From positions 124,001-187,234 of the forward strand of contig JYFJ02000072.1 of the NCBI GenBank assembly GCA_000934665.2: DNA of 63,234 nt, read 5' to 3'. Each line of letters begins with the position of its first letter. Position 1 is the first letter of the stretch. This document shows, piece by piece, positions 10,615 to 63,234 of the stretch. This DNA is from Catajapyx aquilonaris. Lineage: Eukaryota. The position numbers and the translations under genes were made by a program. A model generated the notes under the pieces. It ran no database searches. It was not told the origin of the DNA and saw only the letters and a list, made by a program, of their open reading frames with translations.

Positions 10615-12115
10615 TATAAAAAAGGCAACTTCTCAAATGGGAGATATGCCAATTCTCATCATATTTGCACATATGCTCATGCATGACTACGATGTAGCAG
10701 GTACAGTATTAAAGTCAACATCTGATGCAGCCAGCCATGCAAAGATATTTCTCTGCGTTTCATAAAAAAATATTTAGAATGTTTTATTATAATGAGGTGC
10801 AGTGCACTACCAACGAAAAAAACAGCTGAGATGATTAAAACTGGGGCCACGAGAAAGCCCATGAGGGTTCCACGGTTTAGGACTACCCCCTTTTGCTGTT
10901 CGTACAGCATATGTGATTCCAGATCATCATATTGCGTAGGCACACGCCATTACCCAAGTTATACGTTATTAGTATTACTGCGCCTGCATGTAGTAGACCT
11001 ATAATAATTATGTATTGTATACTGTGCTATGTACTGTACCGCATAAACCAACGGTACAGAGTACAGTACAGTTACAGTACATACGATTCTTGTATAGGGT
11101 ACGTCTATATCGTGAACTAAGGTTACCTCAAAAGAATGAAAATTTGTATCATTGATCCTCTACCAGCATTACCTCAGAGAAACACCATCATCACCAGCTG
11201 GGGGCACACAGAATAACAGAGGACAATAGTTAACAAAAGAAGTGTCTGCCGCATGGTAGCTGCGCCAAATGAAACAATTATTACTATACGGTATATAATT
11301 ATTATACTTGTATAATATACTGAACGGTGATGCAATTGCTGCAATCTTTATACCACTCTGTCCCTGTATAATTGTGGATAAGGAGGCACTGTTCCACGCA
11401 ATGCTAAGAGCAGGCACGGGTGCATGATTTTTCAAAGGAAATATGAAACCATAAAGTGAGTAGCGTTACCAAATAGTTGTCACCTTTCTTACCCTGGGCA
11501 ATTAATACTACAGTACATCATCTATTTTGAACACGAACAAAAATAAAGTAATCATTAGTTTAATTTGATATACAATTTATAAATGCGCATGAGAGGAAAT
11601 CTACCTACAGTTAGCCTAAGTACTACTCTGTACGTACCAACTACTTGGAATAAAAAAAAAATTACAAACTAGCATGCTATTAGTCCACTCCAGAATAACT
11701 TTTTGCTTTAATGCAATTGGCATGGTGGTGCAAGAGCAGCATGCTTGGGATTTTGAATAGTAAGTAGGCTAGTTATTTGCACAAAAAATATATATATACG
11801 AGGGTCGGTCATAAAGTTTTAATTATTGAATTTAAAAGAGGGGAATAGCGTAATTATTTTTGCTGGGGGTAAAGCAGACATCCTTTGTTACAGCGTCCAA
11901 ACCAATATGGTGCAGCAGATCTAGAATCTTTTCTGGTCATTTCAATTCAATTCTGCCACACAGAATGCCAATTCAGCCACAAATGCTATTATACTCTCGT
12001 TTCAGGCTCATAGTATTATTCTAGAGTGACGTTGGACTCCGTAGGACTTCACATTCGCTTCCAAAACAGATGGTGGTATTGTTGTAAACAGCTGGTGACA
12101 TCGTCGTGAGCAGGT
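10615..12115 (-). pseudogene. Probable decayed cytochrome b561-family (CYB561/nemy-like) pseudogene
   Basis: Ordered fragments with stops and frameshifts: AFCVAEL..TILVWTL* (TM1, ~11890-11990); exon 11173-11259 with FVNYCPLLFCV and MMVFL*G, spliced to AVILITY (cf. FNYHPLLM..FLYGNxILVY); KH-x11-SLHGWL..LTLILYLL (cf. H..YSLHSWLG.LT.IL); LAYLPF (cf. RAAYMP). Confidence 0.45.
11797..11817 (+). mobile_element. Single mariner-like terminal inverted repeat remnant
   Basis: TA-CGAGGGTCGGTCATAAAGT follows a (TA)n run and resembles mariner termini (TACGAGGG...AAGT). No convincing partner TIR or transposase was seen. Confidence 0.35.
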
Positions 12116-13807
12116 CTGTAATCAAGTACATGTGGTTAGATTCACTGTTGTACTCCATAAAGCCGATGCTAGGCACATAAATCGTGAATTAATTTTTATC
12201 TCTATATTGCTGTTGCTCCGTCTCTATATATACTGCTGTTGTTCCAGCATTTACTTCAGGTGGTGTCGATGTTGGCAATGTTTTCGTCGTTGTTGTCGGC
12301 TCATTTGAAACAGGCCTCACCCCAAGAAGCAACGGTGGATCAGGTAAGGAAGAGAGGTCGAATTGAATAGGACACCGAAGAAGCGGAAGAAAGGTTTTTG
12401 GACAGTGGGAGGACAAGAGGGAGAACCCGAGTAAACTTACGTGAGCATGGAGAGCACTCTTCGAAAGGCAATGAGACGATTGATGACGTAGGCTTGGTTT
12501 GGTAGGCATCAATATGTTACTGGTATTATGAACAATACCCGTCACAATCGCATATTTTACCCTTTCTTTGCATTGCCTGTTTTGCCAAACGATTTAGCTA
12601 TTAAAATCGACTTTCGATTGACTGTAGAGAATTGAAACTTTTTAGCCACCTATACAATCGATAAGAAAGAAACTGACTTTTAAGTATAGCATAAACCTGC
12701 ATACCCACATGGAAGGTTTTTTAAAATTCCGTAATAAATTCTTGGCAATCCTTTTCAAAATCATACAAAGTTTACTTTGGCATGGAATGGTTGGTAAAAA
12801 AAACTCGCATTTTACTGCACTCTCTTTCCATCATAATTCTTTAAGCTGGGCAATAATTTGTCGGAGCCTTCGAGACGAGTCCAAGTAATTGCCATTTACA
12901 GTGGATCCAAGAATGACATCATTTACATCCAAATTATTCTGTATGACATCTATTATTGTGATGTTTATGTAACAGTTGGCGATATCCACGTGTAGTATTA
13001 CATTGCAACATTGATCTGATTACTTTACGATGGTCAATTACAATGTTTCTGTTGACCTGCCAATCACAGTCTTGCGGGCAGCAGGGAGCATGCAAAGAAC
13101 CATGGCCTAATTTAGTTAATATTGTACCAAATGGCTTATATCATATGACGTCAATTCGGCATAAAAGCCATCCGCATAGGTATTGGTATATTACTGACTA
13201 CGGGTTTGAATATATTATCTTTCTCGACAAATGGCACGTATCACCATATAGCGTCGGTATAAAAGGCAAGGGATGGCAATTATGTTGGCAGCATCTCAGT
13301 CCAACAACGTTCGAGTGTGTACTGTAAGTATCATACAGCTCGATTACCTGGAATTCACAGTGGCCTATCAGCTTTCAATTTAAGTTATTTAGATACTGTA
13401 CCAACCTGCTGATTTTCTTAATTGTGTTGCATTGTTAGCACAACACACTCCATTTGTTACACACCCAGTCAATTTTCTTCATTTTGATATAAATTGGCCT
13501 TCTGCCACGGCAATCTGTGAAATTGATCGCAGTTTTTTTTTAAAATACTTCAGTGAATAGTGCCTTACTTCGCCTCCTTGAGTACACAGCCGAATTATTG
13601 GGTTGCTACTAGAGCACTCGAATCTGATTGATTAGGCCTAGCTACTAAATATAACTTTGAATTCACTCTTCCTGTCTACCCTGTCTAGCATTTCCGGAGC
13701 CAAATCAACTAATCAGTCATTGCATAATGAAACGCTATATACCAAATAGCCATTTGTTTGTGAGCCACTGCACAAACAACTCGTCGTAAGGCTGTGTCGA
13801 TAACATC

Positions 13808-13903
13808 ATTCCGAAAGCCAGGATCGCAGTATTCATTATTTTCGTATTAACTGTAGACCTAATCAGTTATTATGTTCTTGTTTTGTTCGTCACTGATGAG
13901 TAG
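13808..13903 (+). other. Candidate AUU-initiated upstream ORF (31 aa) before the ODC-like gene
   Basis: aacatc-ATT-CCG-AAA-GCC-AGG with A at -3, open to TAG at 13901-13903. An AUG uORF at 13872-13925 (MFLFCSSLMSSRKHLSF) overlaps it. The TSS is unknown. Confidence 0.3.
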
Positions 13904-13995
13904 CCGCAAGCACCTGTCTTTTTAACCAACACGATACCATTTCGTCCTCACTTGTCCAGCAGTGGTCTGTCACTCTTTAGAAGTCCGTTGAGAAG

Positions 13996-15326
13996 ATGAG
14001 ACTGAACGATTTGTTCATCAACGTGATCAGCGACGATACACTAATTCCGAACTGGATGGCCCGTTTGGTGGAGATTGAAAGGCAAGAAAACCCCTTTTAT
14101 ATCTTCGATCTGAGCGATGTCATTAAGAAAGTGGATATATGGAACACCCTGCTGCCCCGAGTCAAGCCATACTACGCTGTCAAATGCAACTTCGACACCG
14201 TTCTTCTGAAGCTTCTGGCCGGTATGGGACTCAGCTTCGACTGCGCAACCCAAGGAGAGATGGAACTGATCTTGAGCCTGGGTGTGGACCCAAAGAAGAT
14301 CATATTCGCCAACCCAATTAAAATCGAGTCGCAAATCACATATGCCAAGGAGAATGGGATCAAGATCACCGTCTTCGATAGTGAAGAGGAACTGATCAAG
14401 ACCCACAGATTGTTCCCGAAGTCTCATGTTGTCCTACGTGTACGATGCGACGCCAGCAACGCCCAACTGCTCTTCGGGGACAAGTTCGGCGTGAAAGAAC
14501 AAGAGGTATCGGCGCTTCTTCAGGTGGTGGTGAGCCTGGGCCTCAATTTTGCCGGAGTTGCCTTCCATGTGGGAACCGGATGCGAGGTGAGTTTCACTTT
14601 GTTGTTTTGTTTTCTGGCAGCAGGTAGTGATGCTATCCGTTGTAGGAAGTGGATGCGTACCGGCGAGGGATAGCCTCGGCCAGGGCCATCTTCGACGAAG
14701 CCAAGACCCTCGGCTTGCGTCCCTACTTCTTAGACATCGGTGGAGGATTTCCGGGTAAGAAAGGCACGTCCATTGCCAGAGAGGCCAAAGTCATCAATTC
14801 AGCTCTGGATGAGTTCTTCCCCGACCAGTCCAAAGTCCAGGTAGTGGCCGAACCAGGGCGTTTCTACTGCTCTTCCGCCTTTACCCTGGGCGCACTGGTT
14901 CACTCCAGAAGGGCGGTGCCGCCGGACTCTTACTTTTACTTTATCAATGAAGGAGTTTACAGTTCCTTCTGTGGGGTGATCACCGAGAAAAGCGAGGTGA
15001 TTCCACGGGTGCTGATCAGGAAGGACAAGGAGGTACCGGCGCCTGTCACTGACTGCAAGGTGTGGGGGCCAACGTTGGACGCGTTGGATGAACTCTGCAG
15101 CAATGTTCCTTTGCCTGTGATGGATGTGGGAGATTGGCTCTATTTTGAAAATATGGGGGCTTATACGGTAGCCATTGTTAGTGAGTTTCATTTGCTTCCG
15201 AAAGCTGACGTATTCTATGTCGTCAGAGAGAGTACGTGGGAAAATATGAGAAACCTCTTGACGGCACTATATGGCGATTGTAAATTCATTCTCAACGACT
15301 CCGATAATATTCAAGTTATCAAATAA
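13996..15326 (+). CDS. Ornithine decarboxylase-like protein (423 aa), probably catalytically impaired / antizyme-inhibitor-like
   Basis: Exons 13996-14586 and 14646-15326 (59-nt GT-AG intron, phase 0). Motifs PYYAVKCN (PLP Lys), FDCA, FANPIK, KFG, FHVGTGC, LDIGGGFPG, AEPGRF, WGPTLD and FENMGAYT. AATAAA overlaps the stop (15322-15327). Confidence 0.92.
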
Positions 15327-16309
15327 AAGTACTGGGTAATGTCCATGTTACCTCAGTATTGTGCATTCACTGAACCATTATTTGCTCACTTTTTTTTTTT
15401 TTGTTACACACCATCACTACAATCTTCTCTTTCTCTTTGTTCTAACATCAGAGCATGAGCAAACTCGTGTCAAGTCATGACAAATGAACTTACAACTCAA
15501 GCTTGAGATGACGCAGGCTGTCTCGCACGGTTGTACCGTAATGAAAAAGGCGGCAAGGTTTTACATGCACACGGTGACAGGCAGTGCTTGACTTTACATG
15601 GGGGCATTTACCCAGGATTCGCCACGGAATTCGCCTGATAAGTTAATATAGAACATCTTAATAACAGAGATGTAATTATTACCTGCAAATAGACTCTTAC
15701 TAACCTAGTTATTGTGTATTTTTGCACCAGCAATTGTTTGAATCCTACCACTACTTTCCTCAGCCCAACCAGTAGATTTACGGTACTCAATAAGCACTAA
15801 CTTATACATTGTGATAGTCTACAAGTGTAAGGGAAGTCAGCATGTGACCTATAATTATTATGGTCTGGTCATAAAATGCTGACAACCCCAACCTGTAATA
15901 ATGCAATTATGTAGCAAACAGCATATGGGTGTGCCAATAAAGCAAACTGCACCGAAGCTGGTCCGATGAAGATCAAATAAAGTTGACCATTGATAGAATG
16001 ATGACCCCAACAGTTTATGGCGTCAATTCTCCATAAATATAGCCATGGCTAGCAATAAACGTGGAGTCGGTCGAGTCAGCAGACAAATGGCCGAGTCCTT
16101 CCAGCAAGCGGAAGGTCTATAGGTAGTAAGCAAGTGGACGCATGCACACGCCATAGGAACTCTGGAAATACTCAGACTGAGCGATATGTGAATATAGTCA
16201 GGCAAAGTGCTGGCGACGCAGGTGCTCCCAGGGGGTAGCTCCAGAAGTGGCGTCCATCACGGCAATCATCCGGAAGCAATCAGGTAAATTGATTTGTCAC
16301 AGGGTAGCC

Positions 16310-17950
16310 ATGGTGGACTCTGTGTTGTGCTGGACGTTTGTTGCCATCTTTTCCGGATATTGGATAACAGGTAAGTAGTTACTTGAGTATTAGGGACTTG
16401 TACTTTTTTCAATATTTATTGTTGCAGGCGAGAGTGCAAGGTGTCACAAGGCAGGAGCTGACATTGCGGTCACTTTCAACTGCCCCACGCCTCTCGACAA
16501 TTCCAACAATGCCTTCTGCTGTGGTCCGACAGACAACCAGTACTGTTGCGCGCAACAATCGGACGATGGGCAGGTGTACAAGTAATTGTCGTTGTCACTT
16601 ATAGCCATTTTTAAAAAAGTGTTGATAGTTTAAAATGTGGTAATTCGAGGGCGTGGCCTCGGGTCTTACTTGTTTCCCTTTCGGGAAGTCCTCTCCTACC
16701 ATAAGTCAGGGTGTTTCATGTCGCACACACGCACTTGCTTCCTGTACAGGACCTTGACTGCCTCTGGGCAGATTTTCTTCAAGATAAATCCAGTTGATAT
16801 GTAAGGGCCAAGGCCAATGTGCACTCAAGTATAGTACAGAGTCTTAAATCGATACTTAAAACAAGTGCCCACTTTAGCTCAGGTGCAGACATTTTAGACG
16901 TCCGCAATATTAATTATCTCCAGAACAGTTGTTCCTAGATTAGCTCAACATGACAGATGGTGTGATAGTAAAATGAAGTACCCACTTTTTCATGCCGAAA
17001 AAGGAAAGGCAGCAGGTAACCATATGGCCTCTTGCTATTTTTTGAAAAGATTGTCACAACACTAATTAATTTTCTGTTTGTTTTTGGCGCATTTTTCGGG
17101 TTACGCTTTCAGAAGAGGTTACTCTGAGAACTTGAGGCCAGTCAGTTACATAGGAAATGGTGGTATGCCGACGTCTCCATCACCACCTGTTGGGGAACAG
17201 TCTATGTCTGTGCCCCTTTTGGCGGGAGTCGCTGGAGGATTGGCGGTCCTCATTTGCATCACATGTTGCTTCTGCCCTTCGTGTATGTGCTACAAGGCGA
17301 GGAAGAGGCGAGGCTGGGTGGACCAAGCAGATGATGATCCAAGTATGCAGTGATTTCATTTGGAACCTGACATGTGTATAATGTTGCAATGTGTTAGATG
17401 TATTTCCAGTGCATCAAACGGCAGTGCCACCTTTGATGCCACCTATGCCAGCATTCCCTAATGCTTTCACCACGAGTCAGCCCAGTATACCTGTCACTAC
17501 CCAGTCATTGCCAGTGCCTCAGCCATCATATGCTAATACACAATCACATATGTCCAATCTGCAGTACCCTGCATCACCAATGCCTTACACTGTTACATCT
17601 GCAAGCATGGTTCCAGCAATGCCTAAGTCATATGAAGTCCAGATGAATCCAGGTTAGTTACTTAACATCAATGAGTGTGAAATGGGTTTAGCATCTGTGC
17701 ATCATGGATGATTTCAGCTGGTGTGTTCCCAGCCAATCCAGAACCAAATCCATATGGAAGGAGAAGCCCATACCCAAATGCACCTACTCCTTATGGACAC
17801 CGCAACTCCATCCAAGTCCCTGATATTTCAAATCAGTATGGGAGTCGCAGTCCCTACCTGGGAAAGGACCCCAACAGTGCATATGGGAGACGCAGTCCAT
17901 ATGTTCAATATGGAGGACAGAGTGCATTCAATCCCTATTACCAACAGTAG
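16310..17950 (+). CDS. Shisa/Shisa-like single-pass membrane protein (310 aa)
   Basis: Exons 16310-16370 (signal peptide), 16428-16581 (C..CP..FCCGPTDNQYCC, 6 Cys), 17113-17342 (TM PLLAGVAGGLAVLICI plus Cys cluster TCCFCPSCMCY and a basic stop-transfer segment), 17398-17652 and 17718-17950 (Pro/Tyr-rich tail). All junctions are GT-AG and in frame. Confidence 0.85.
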
Positions 17951-18565
17951 ACAATCATGACCTGTGTTCAGATATTCTTATGCATTTATTTGTATTACTG
18001 GAATGATAGCATTCCTAGAATCTCTCCTTCTCCCTACCATTCATTGCATTTGAGATGATCATCATGATCAACAATAATTTCTACAGAAACTTAGTTTGTC
18101 TGTGATTACTACTTGCCTTTGATTACACTGAGTTAGTATAGTACCTTGTATCACATAGTTGTCATGTATAGTTTTCATTTGCTTGATACAGCTACTATTT
18201 TCAAGGATATATTCTGCAAATGCTGTATGGATTGCGGCTTTTTCAAATTGTGAGGAAAGAATTAGGATTGCAGATCATGTCAAAAGAGGAAAAGATACAC
18301 TTCAGAAAGATAAAAATTAGTAATAACTACTGGATTATTTTTGGAGATAGGTTAAGGCAGCAGTGCACTTACTTGACAGGATGGGAGGAGCGTCAGCTCC
18401 ATCTGACATGACGTGATTGGCTTGTGAGCAAATGACAATGAGCAGAGCTTTTCATGTCAATACCCATTTTAATTCACCATATACAAACATTACAGAATGT
18501 CCCTCGAATGTGTATGAAAATATTCAGATCCAAAAAATATAAGTCTCTATGAAGTCTGAAATGCA

Positions 18566-20466
18566 TCAGTTGTTCTGCTTTCCTAACTCCTGTGCCCGTT
18601 TGGTTGCAGCTTCAACAGCATCCATGAAAGCAGCCCTAAGTAAATGAGTGTAACATTATATAAGTAGAACCCCTCAGTTAAGCAAATATGTATATTGCAT
18701 GTTTCATAATAATTTTGCTTGCATCTACATTGGTTGAAATGGTGCAGACATTTCTGTATCAAGTTGGTATGCTTAGTCCCACATACACCAAGAAAATACG
18801 AGATGCCAAGAAGTGACTGCATATCCAACAGCACAATTCCCTTTCCCCCTTATGCCTCCCTCTTCTTTAGGGGTCCCACTGAGAGGACTTGCGGGGGTAC
18901 ACAACATTTCCGCCATTGCAGATGTGAGCAGAATGATTTTAAAACTCAATATATTTGCAGCCAATGGGAATGAAATTGCATACCTAACAGATCCTTTCTC
19001 TAAAGCATGCACTCCAGCAATTGTGGTTCCACCTGGGGAGCAAACAGCATCTTTCAATTCGGCAGGATGCCTCTCAGATTCTAGAACCATCTTTGCTGAT
19101 CCCATCATCATCTGTGCAGCAAATCGAGTAGCCATATGGCGTGGAATGCCCATTTTCACGCCTCCATCTGATAGTGCCTCAATTGTTGCAAACACCTAGG
19201 TAAAAGCGAAACTGTGAGTCAGGGATAAGCGGGGATAAGTACTAACAGTAGTAGTAGACAAGCAGTACTTACAAATGCAGTTCCACTGCCAATGAGGCCA
19301 CAATAAGCATCAATATGTGACTCTGGCACTGGCTTGCACAGTCCTCCGCAAGAAAGGAGCACTTCAGTCAAATTAGAATCCTCTTCGGTTGTGTTTGGTC
19401 CCATTGTGAACACTAGAAGACAATGCCAATTACTATGTGATCACATTAAATTTAGAGCATTGAACTGCCAGGTGAATGCACAGGAAAGAGCCCCTTGGAG
19501 TTACACCTACGTTGAATTGACAACTACTCTAATGTTTTATGTCAAGATTATGAGTTAATAACCATGAGGTCTGACAGATTATGAAACAACTGCACATAGA
19601 AATCTGTCCAGCAGGTGGATTTTTGTGGAATGGCATGATCCTGCTATAGGCACATAAGCGTGTGGATAGCAAAATAATGTATGTACCAATACATCCTGCC
19701 CCCAATTCCACTGGAGTGTTTGGCATGGCACGCACAACAGCAGGGAGAGATGTGATGCACTGCAGGTACTGCCAAGAAATAAAATGGACTTTAAATATGC
19801 TAATGCATCGAATTTTTTTTTCACATTCTCATACCTTCACAAGTCGCTCCAGTGGTACTCCTCCAATGACAGAGATGAAAAGCTTCTTCCCCAGCTTCTG
19901 CTTCTCAGTACTCTCTTCCAGACGAGCCTGCCAAACTGCATCCTTGAAGAGGTGAGGCTTTACAGCCAGAAATATAATGTCGCACGTCATTACAACCTCA
20001 CCTGAAGGAACCCAGTGAAATTAACTTGTCATACATTTTAAACCACATACAATGAGAAAATTTTATAGTCAGCACTTACGGTTACTATGAGTACATTTGG
20101 CTCCCAACAACTCCCAGGGTTTGAAGTTACGCTTGGATGGAGCACTGACACAAATCCTGTCAGCCTTTATGTTTCCTGAGACAAATACATTACCAGAAAT
20201 TAGCCATGGATACCATTAGCTTTTTACTTTGCTTCACACGAGAGGTCTACTGTTCCTCATTTGCACAACACCCATATTTCCCAAGAAGCTGTGTATTTTA
20301 TTAGCAGGGCAGTGGTTAGATAACAGGCTCAACTACTGTGCAACAACATGATCAACGTAAAGCCCTACGCACCATGCTTAACCATGGCCTTGGCCAGTGC
20401 CTGTGCCATGTTCCCAGCACCGATGAAGCCATATCGCTTAGAGTCCAGGTCATTCTCGGTCCCCAT
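18566..20466 (-). CDS. PYCR3: Pyrroline-5-carboxylate reductase, PYCR3/PYCRL-like (286 aa)
   Basis: Exons 20373-20466, 20080-20175, 19835-20001, 19687-19768, 19273-19412, 18984-19195, 18566-18635. Motifs GFIGAGNMA, SAPSKRN, FLAVKP, RAMPNTP, GSGTAFV, EALSDGGVKMG, HPAELKDAVCSPGGTTIAG and AVEAATKRAQEL. The PYCR3 subtype assignment is less certain than the family. Confidence 0.92.
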
Positions 20467-20689
20467 ATCTGCAGCCTCAAGTTGTTTGTCCCAACCAGCC
20501 AGCCAGAGTTGACCCACGCAGCGGAGATGCGCTCGGCTGTCGGCACCGGAAGGAAAGACCCAACAGGAAAAGGCGCCTCCTTGCGGCTTGCGCCACCCTC
20601 TCAACATCACCTTGGATCCAAAATGACCGCCTCCATTCATATCCAATATGGGCTTGGACAGTGCTGCCACCTGATCCAGCAGTTCGCAT

Positions 20690-21050
20690 ACTTCAGAGTA
20701 GATGGCGCCACTACTTCAGCCCTCCCCCTCCCCTTTTTTAGAAAAAAAAAACTTTTCCCAGAGGTCGCCCCCTGGAGGTGACGTCACGAGTGAGTCTCCA
20801 GCTCAACCGACGTACGGACGGTGGTACTACGGGGCGGGTAGGCCGGTCGTTGCAGCTGTGAGTGGGAGTGTGCGTAGCGTACCTGACACAAGAGAGTTGG
20901 GTGCAATCGGCCCCAAGGTCCGTGACCTGCACCGCCTGTCGCTTCTGGGGGCCCCGGACACCACCCGCCCGGCCCGCCGCCCTTCGCGCGCGGTTCCCGG
21001 CTCCCCCAGCCCGCGACCAACTCCAAACAGTCCTCTCCAGTCAGCCCAAC
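20690..21050. promoter_or_regulatory. CpG/GC-rich bidirectional promoter shared by PYCR (-) and scribble (+)
   Basis: The start codons are 791 bp apart, head-to-head. The region contains AGATGGCGCC (20700-20709, YY1-like), TGACGTCA (20779-20786, CRE) and GGGGCGGG (20831-20838, GC box). Confidence 0.6.
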
Positions 21051-21199
21051 CCCATCAGCCTGCCTTCTCCGGGACGGTGCTTGTCTTGTGCCGCGGATAC
21101 CATGAGTGTGTTGTAGTGCTGCCCTGCTTGTGTGGCGGGGGACTCTGAGGGAAAGGTGGAAGAAGAAGAAATTCGGGACCGTCCGGGGTTGTGGTGTAG

Positions 21200-62893
<41,694 letters not shown>

Positions 62894-63234
62894 GTAAGTT
62901 TATGACCAAAGTTGGGCACAATTCATTTAAAAGTGAATTAATTCAGTTCATAGGGCAGCTGAATTTTCAATTCCATTCCCATTCAGCTAAAATTCTCCAC
63001 TATTCTATTCATATTCACTCCTGTTTGTTGCCATTCAGTTTATTCTTCACTAGCAGGATACCCGGCGTTGCTCGGGTTATGAAATACTTTTCCATAGGAG
63101 TGACCCATTGATTTGGTAGTAATCTTTGCAATAATTTTGGCTATACAATGTCGGCATACCTGTAACATGGAGCATTGCATGTATACATGAAGTCCAAGCA
63201 ACACACTAAGGATGTCATATTGTAAGAAAATACA

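Noticed and set aside
12189..12545. 118-aa minus ORF with a Thr/Pro-rich stretch and a strong internal donor near 12440
   Set aside because: Could not be spliced into a convincing intact gene; it may be the 5' end of the b561-like pseudogene, but that is unsupported.
14587..14673. Two overlapping ODC ORFs resembling a programmed frameshift (as in antizyme)
   Set aside because: Fully explained by a 59-nt GT-AG intron (14587-14645) that restores the frame.
19430..19620. Two hairpins with ANANNA and ACA-like boxes in a PYCR intron (possible H/ACA snoRNA)
   Set aside because: The ACA lies about 30 nt from the putative pocket rather than 14-16 nt, and the stems are short.

Overview
Eukaryotic (invertebrate, most likely arthropod) genomic DNA with GT-AG spliced genes; most six-frame ORFs are spurious or antisense shadows of exons. 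Gene models were built by hand from splice sites and reading-frame continuity. In order: (1) 5' part of a kynureninase gene (-, runs off the left edge); (2) an ARHGAP18/28/40/Conundrum-type RhoGAP (-); (3) an unrecognised two-exon gene with a degenerate Sina-type RING, an acidic tract and a coiled coil (-); (4) a probable decayed cytochrome b561 pseudogene (-); (5) an ornithine decarboxylase homolog (+) lacking the catalytic Cys and carrying antizyme-inhibitor-like substitutions, with a candidate AUU-initiated uORF upstream; (6) a Shisa-like single-pass membrane protein (+); (7) a PYCR3-like pyrroline-5-carboxylate reductase (-); and (8), head-to-head with it, scribble (+, 20 coding exons traced through the LRRs, PDZ1 and the start of PDZ2, running off the right edge). 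Mobile DNA: a complete 750-bp hAT-like MITE with an 8-bp TSD and an internal long hairpin, a probable RLE-type non-LTR retrotransposon remnant and a mariner-like end. No rRNA, tRNA or CRISPR was found. The best candidate for novel biology is the ODC-like pseudoenzyme and its uORFs, a possible invertebrate antizyme-inhibitor-like module. All homology calls come from remembered family motifs, not database searches.
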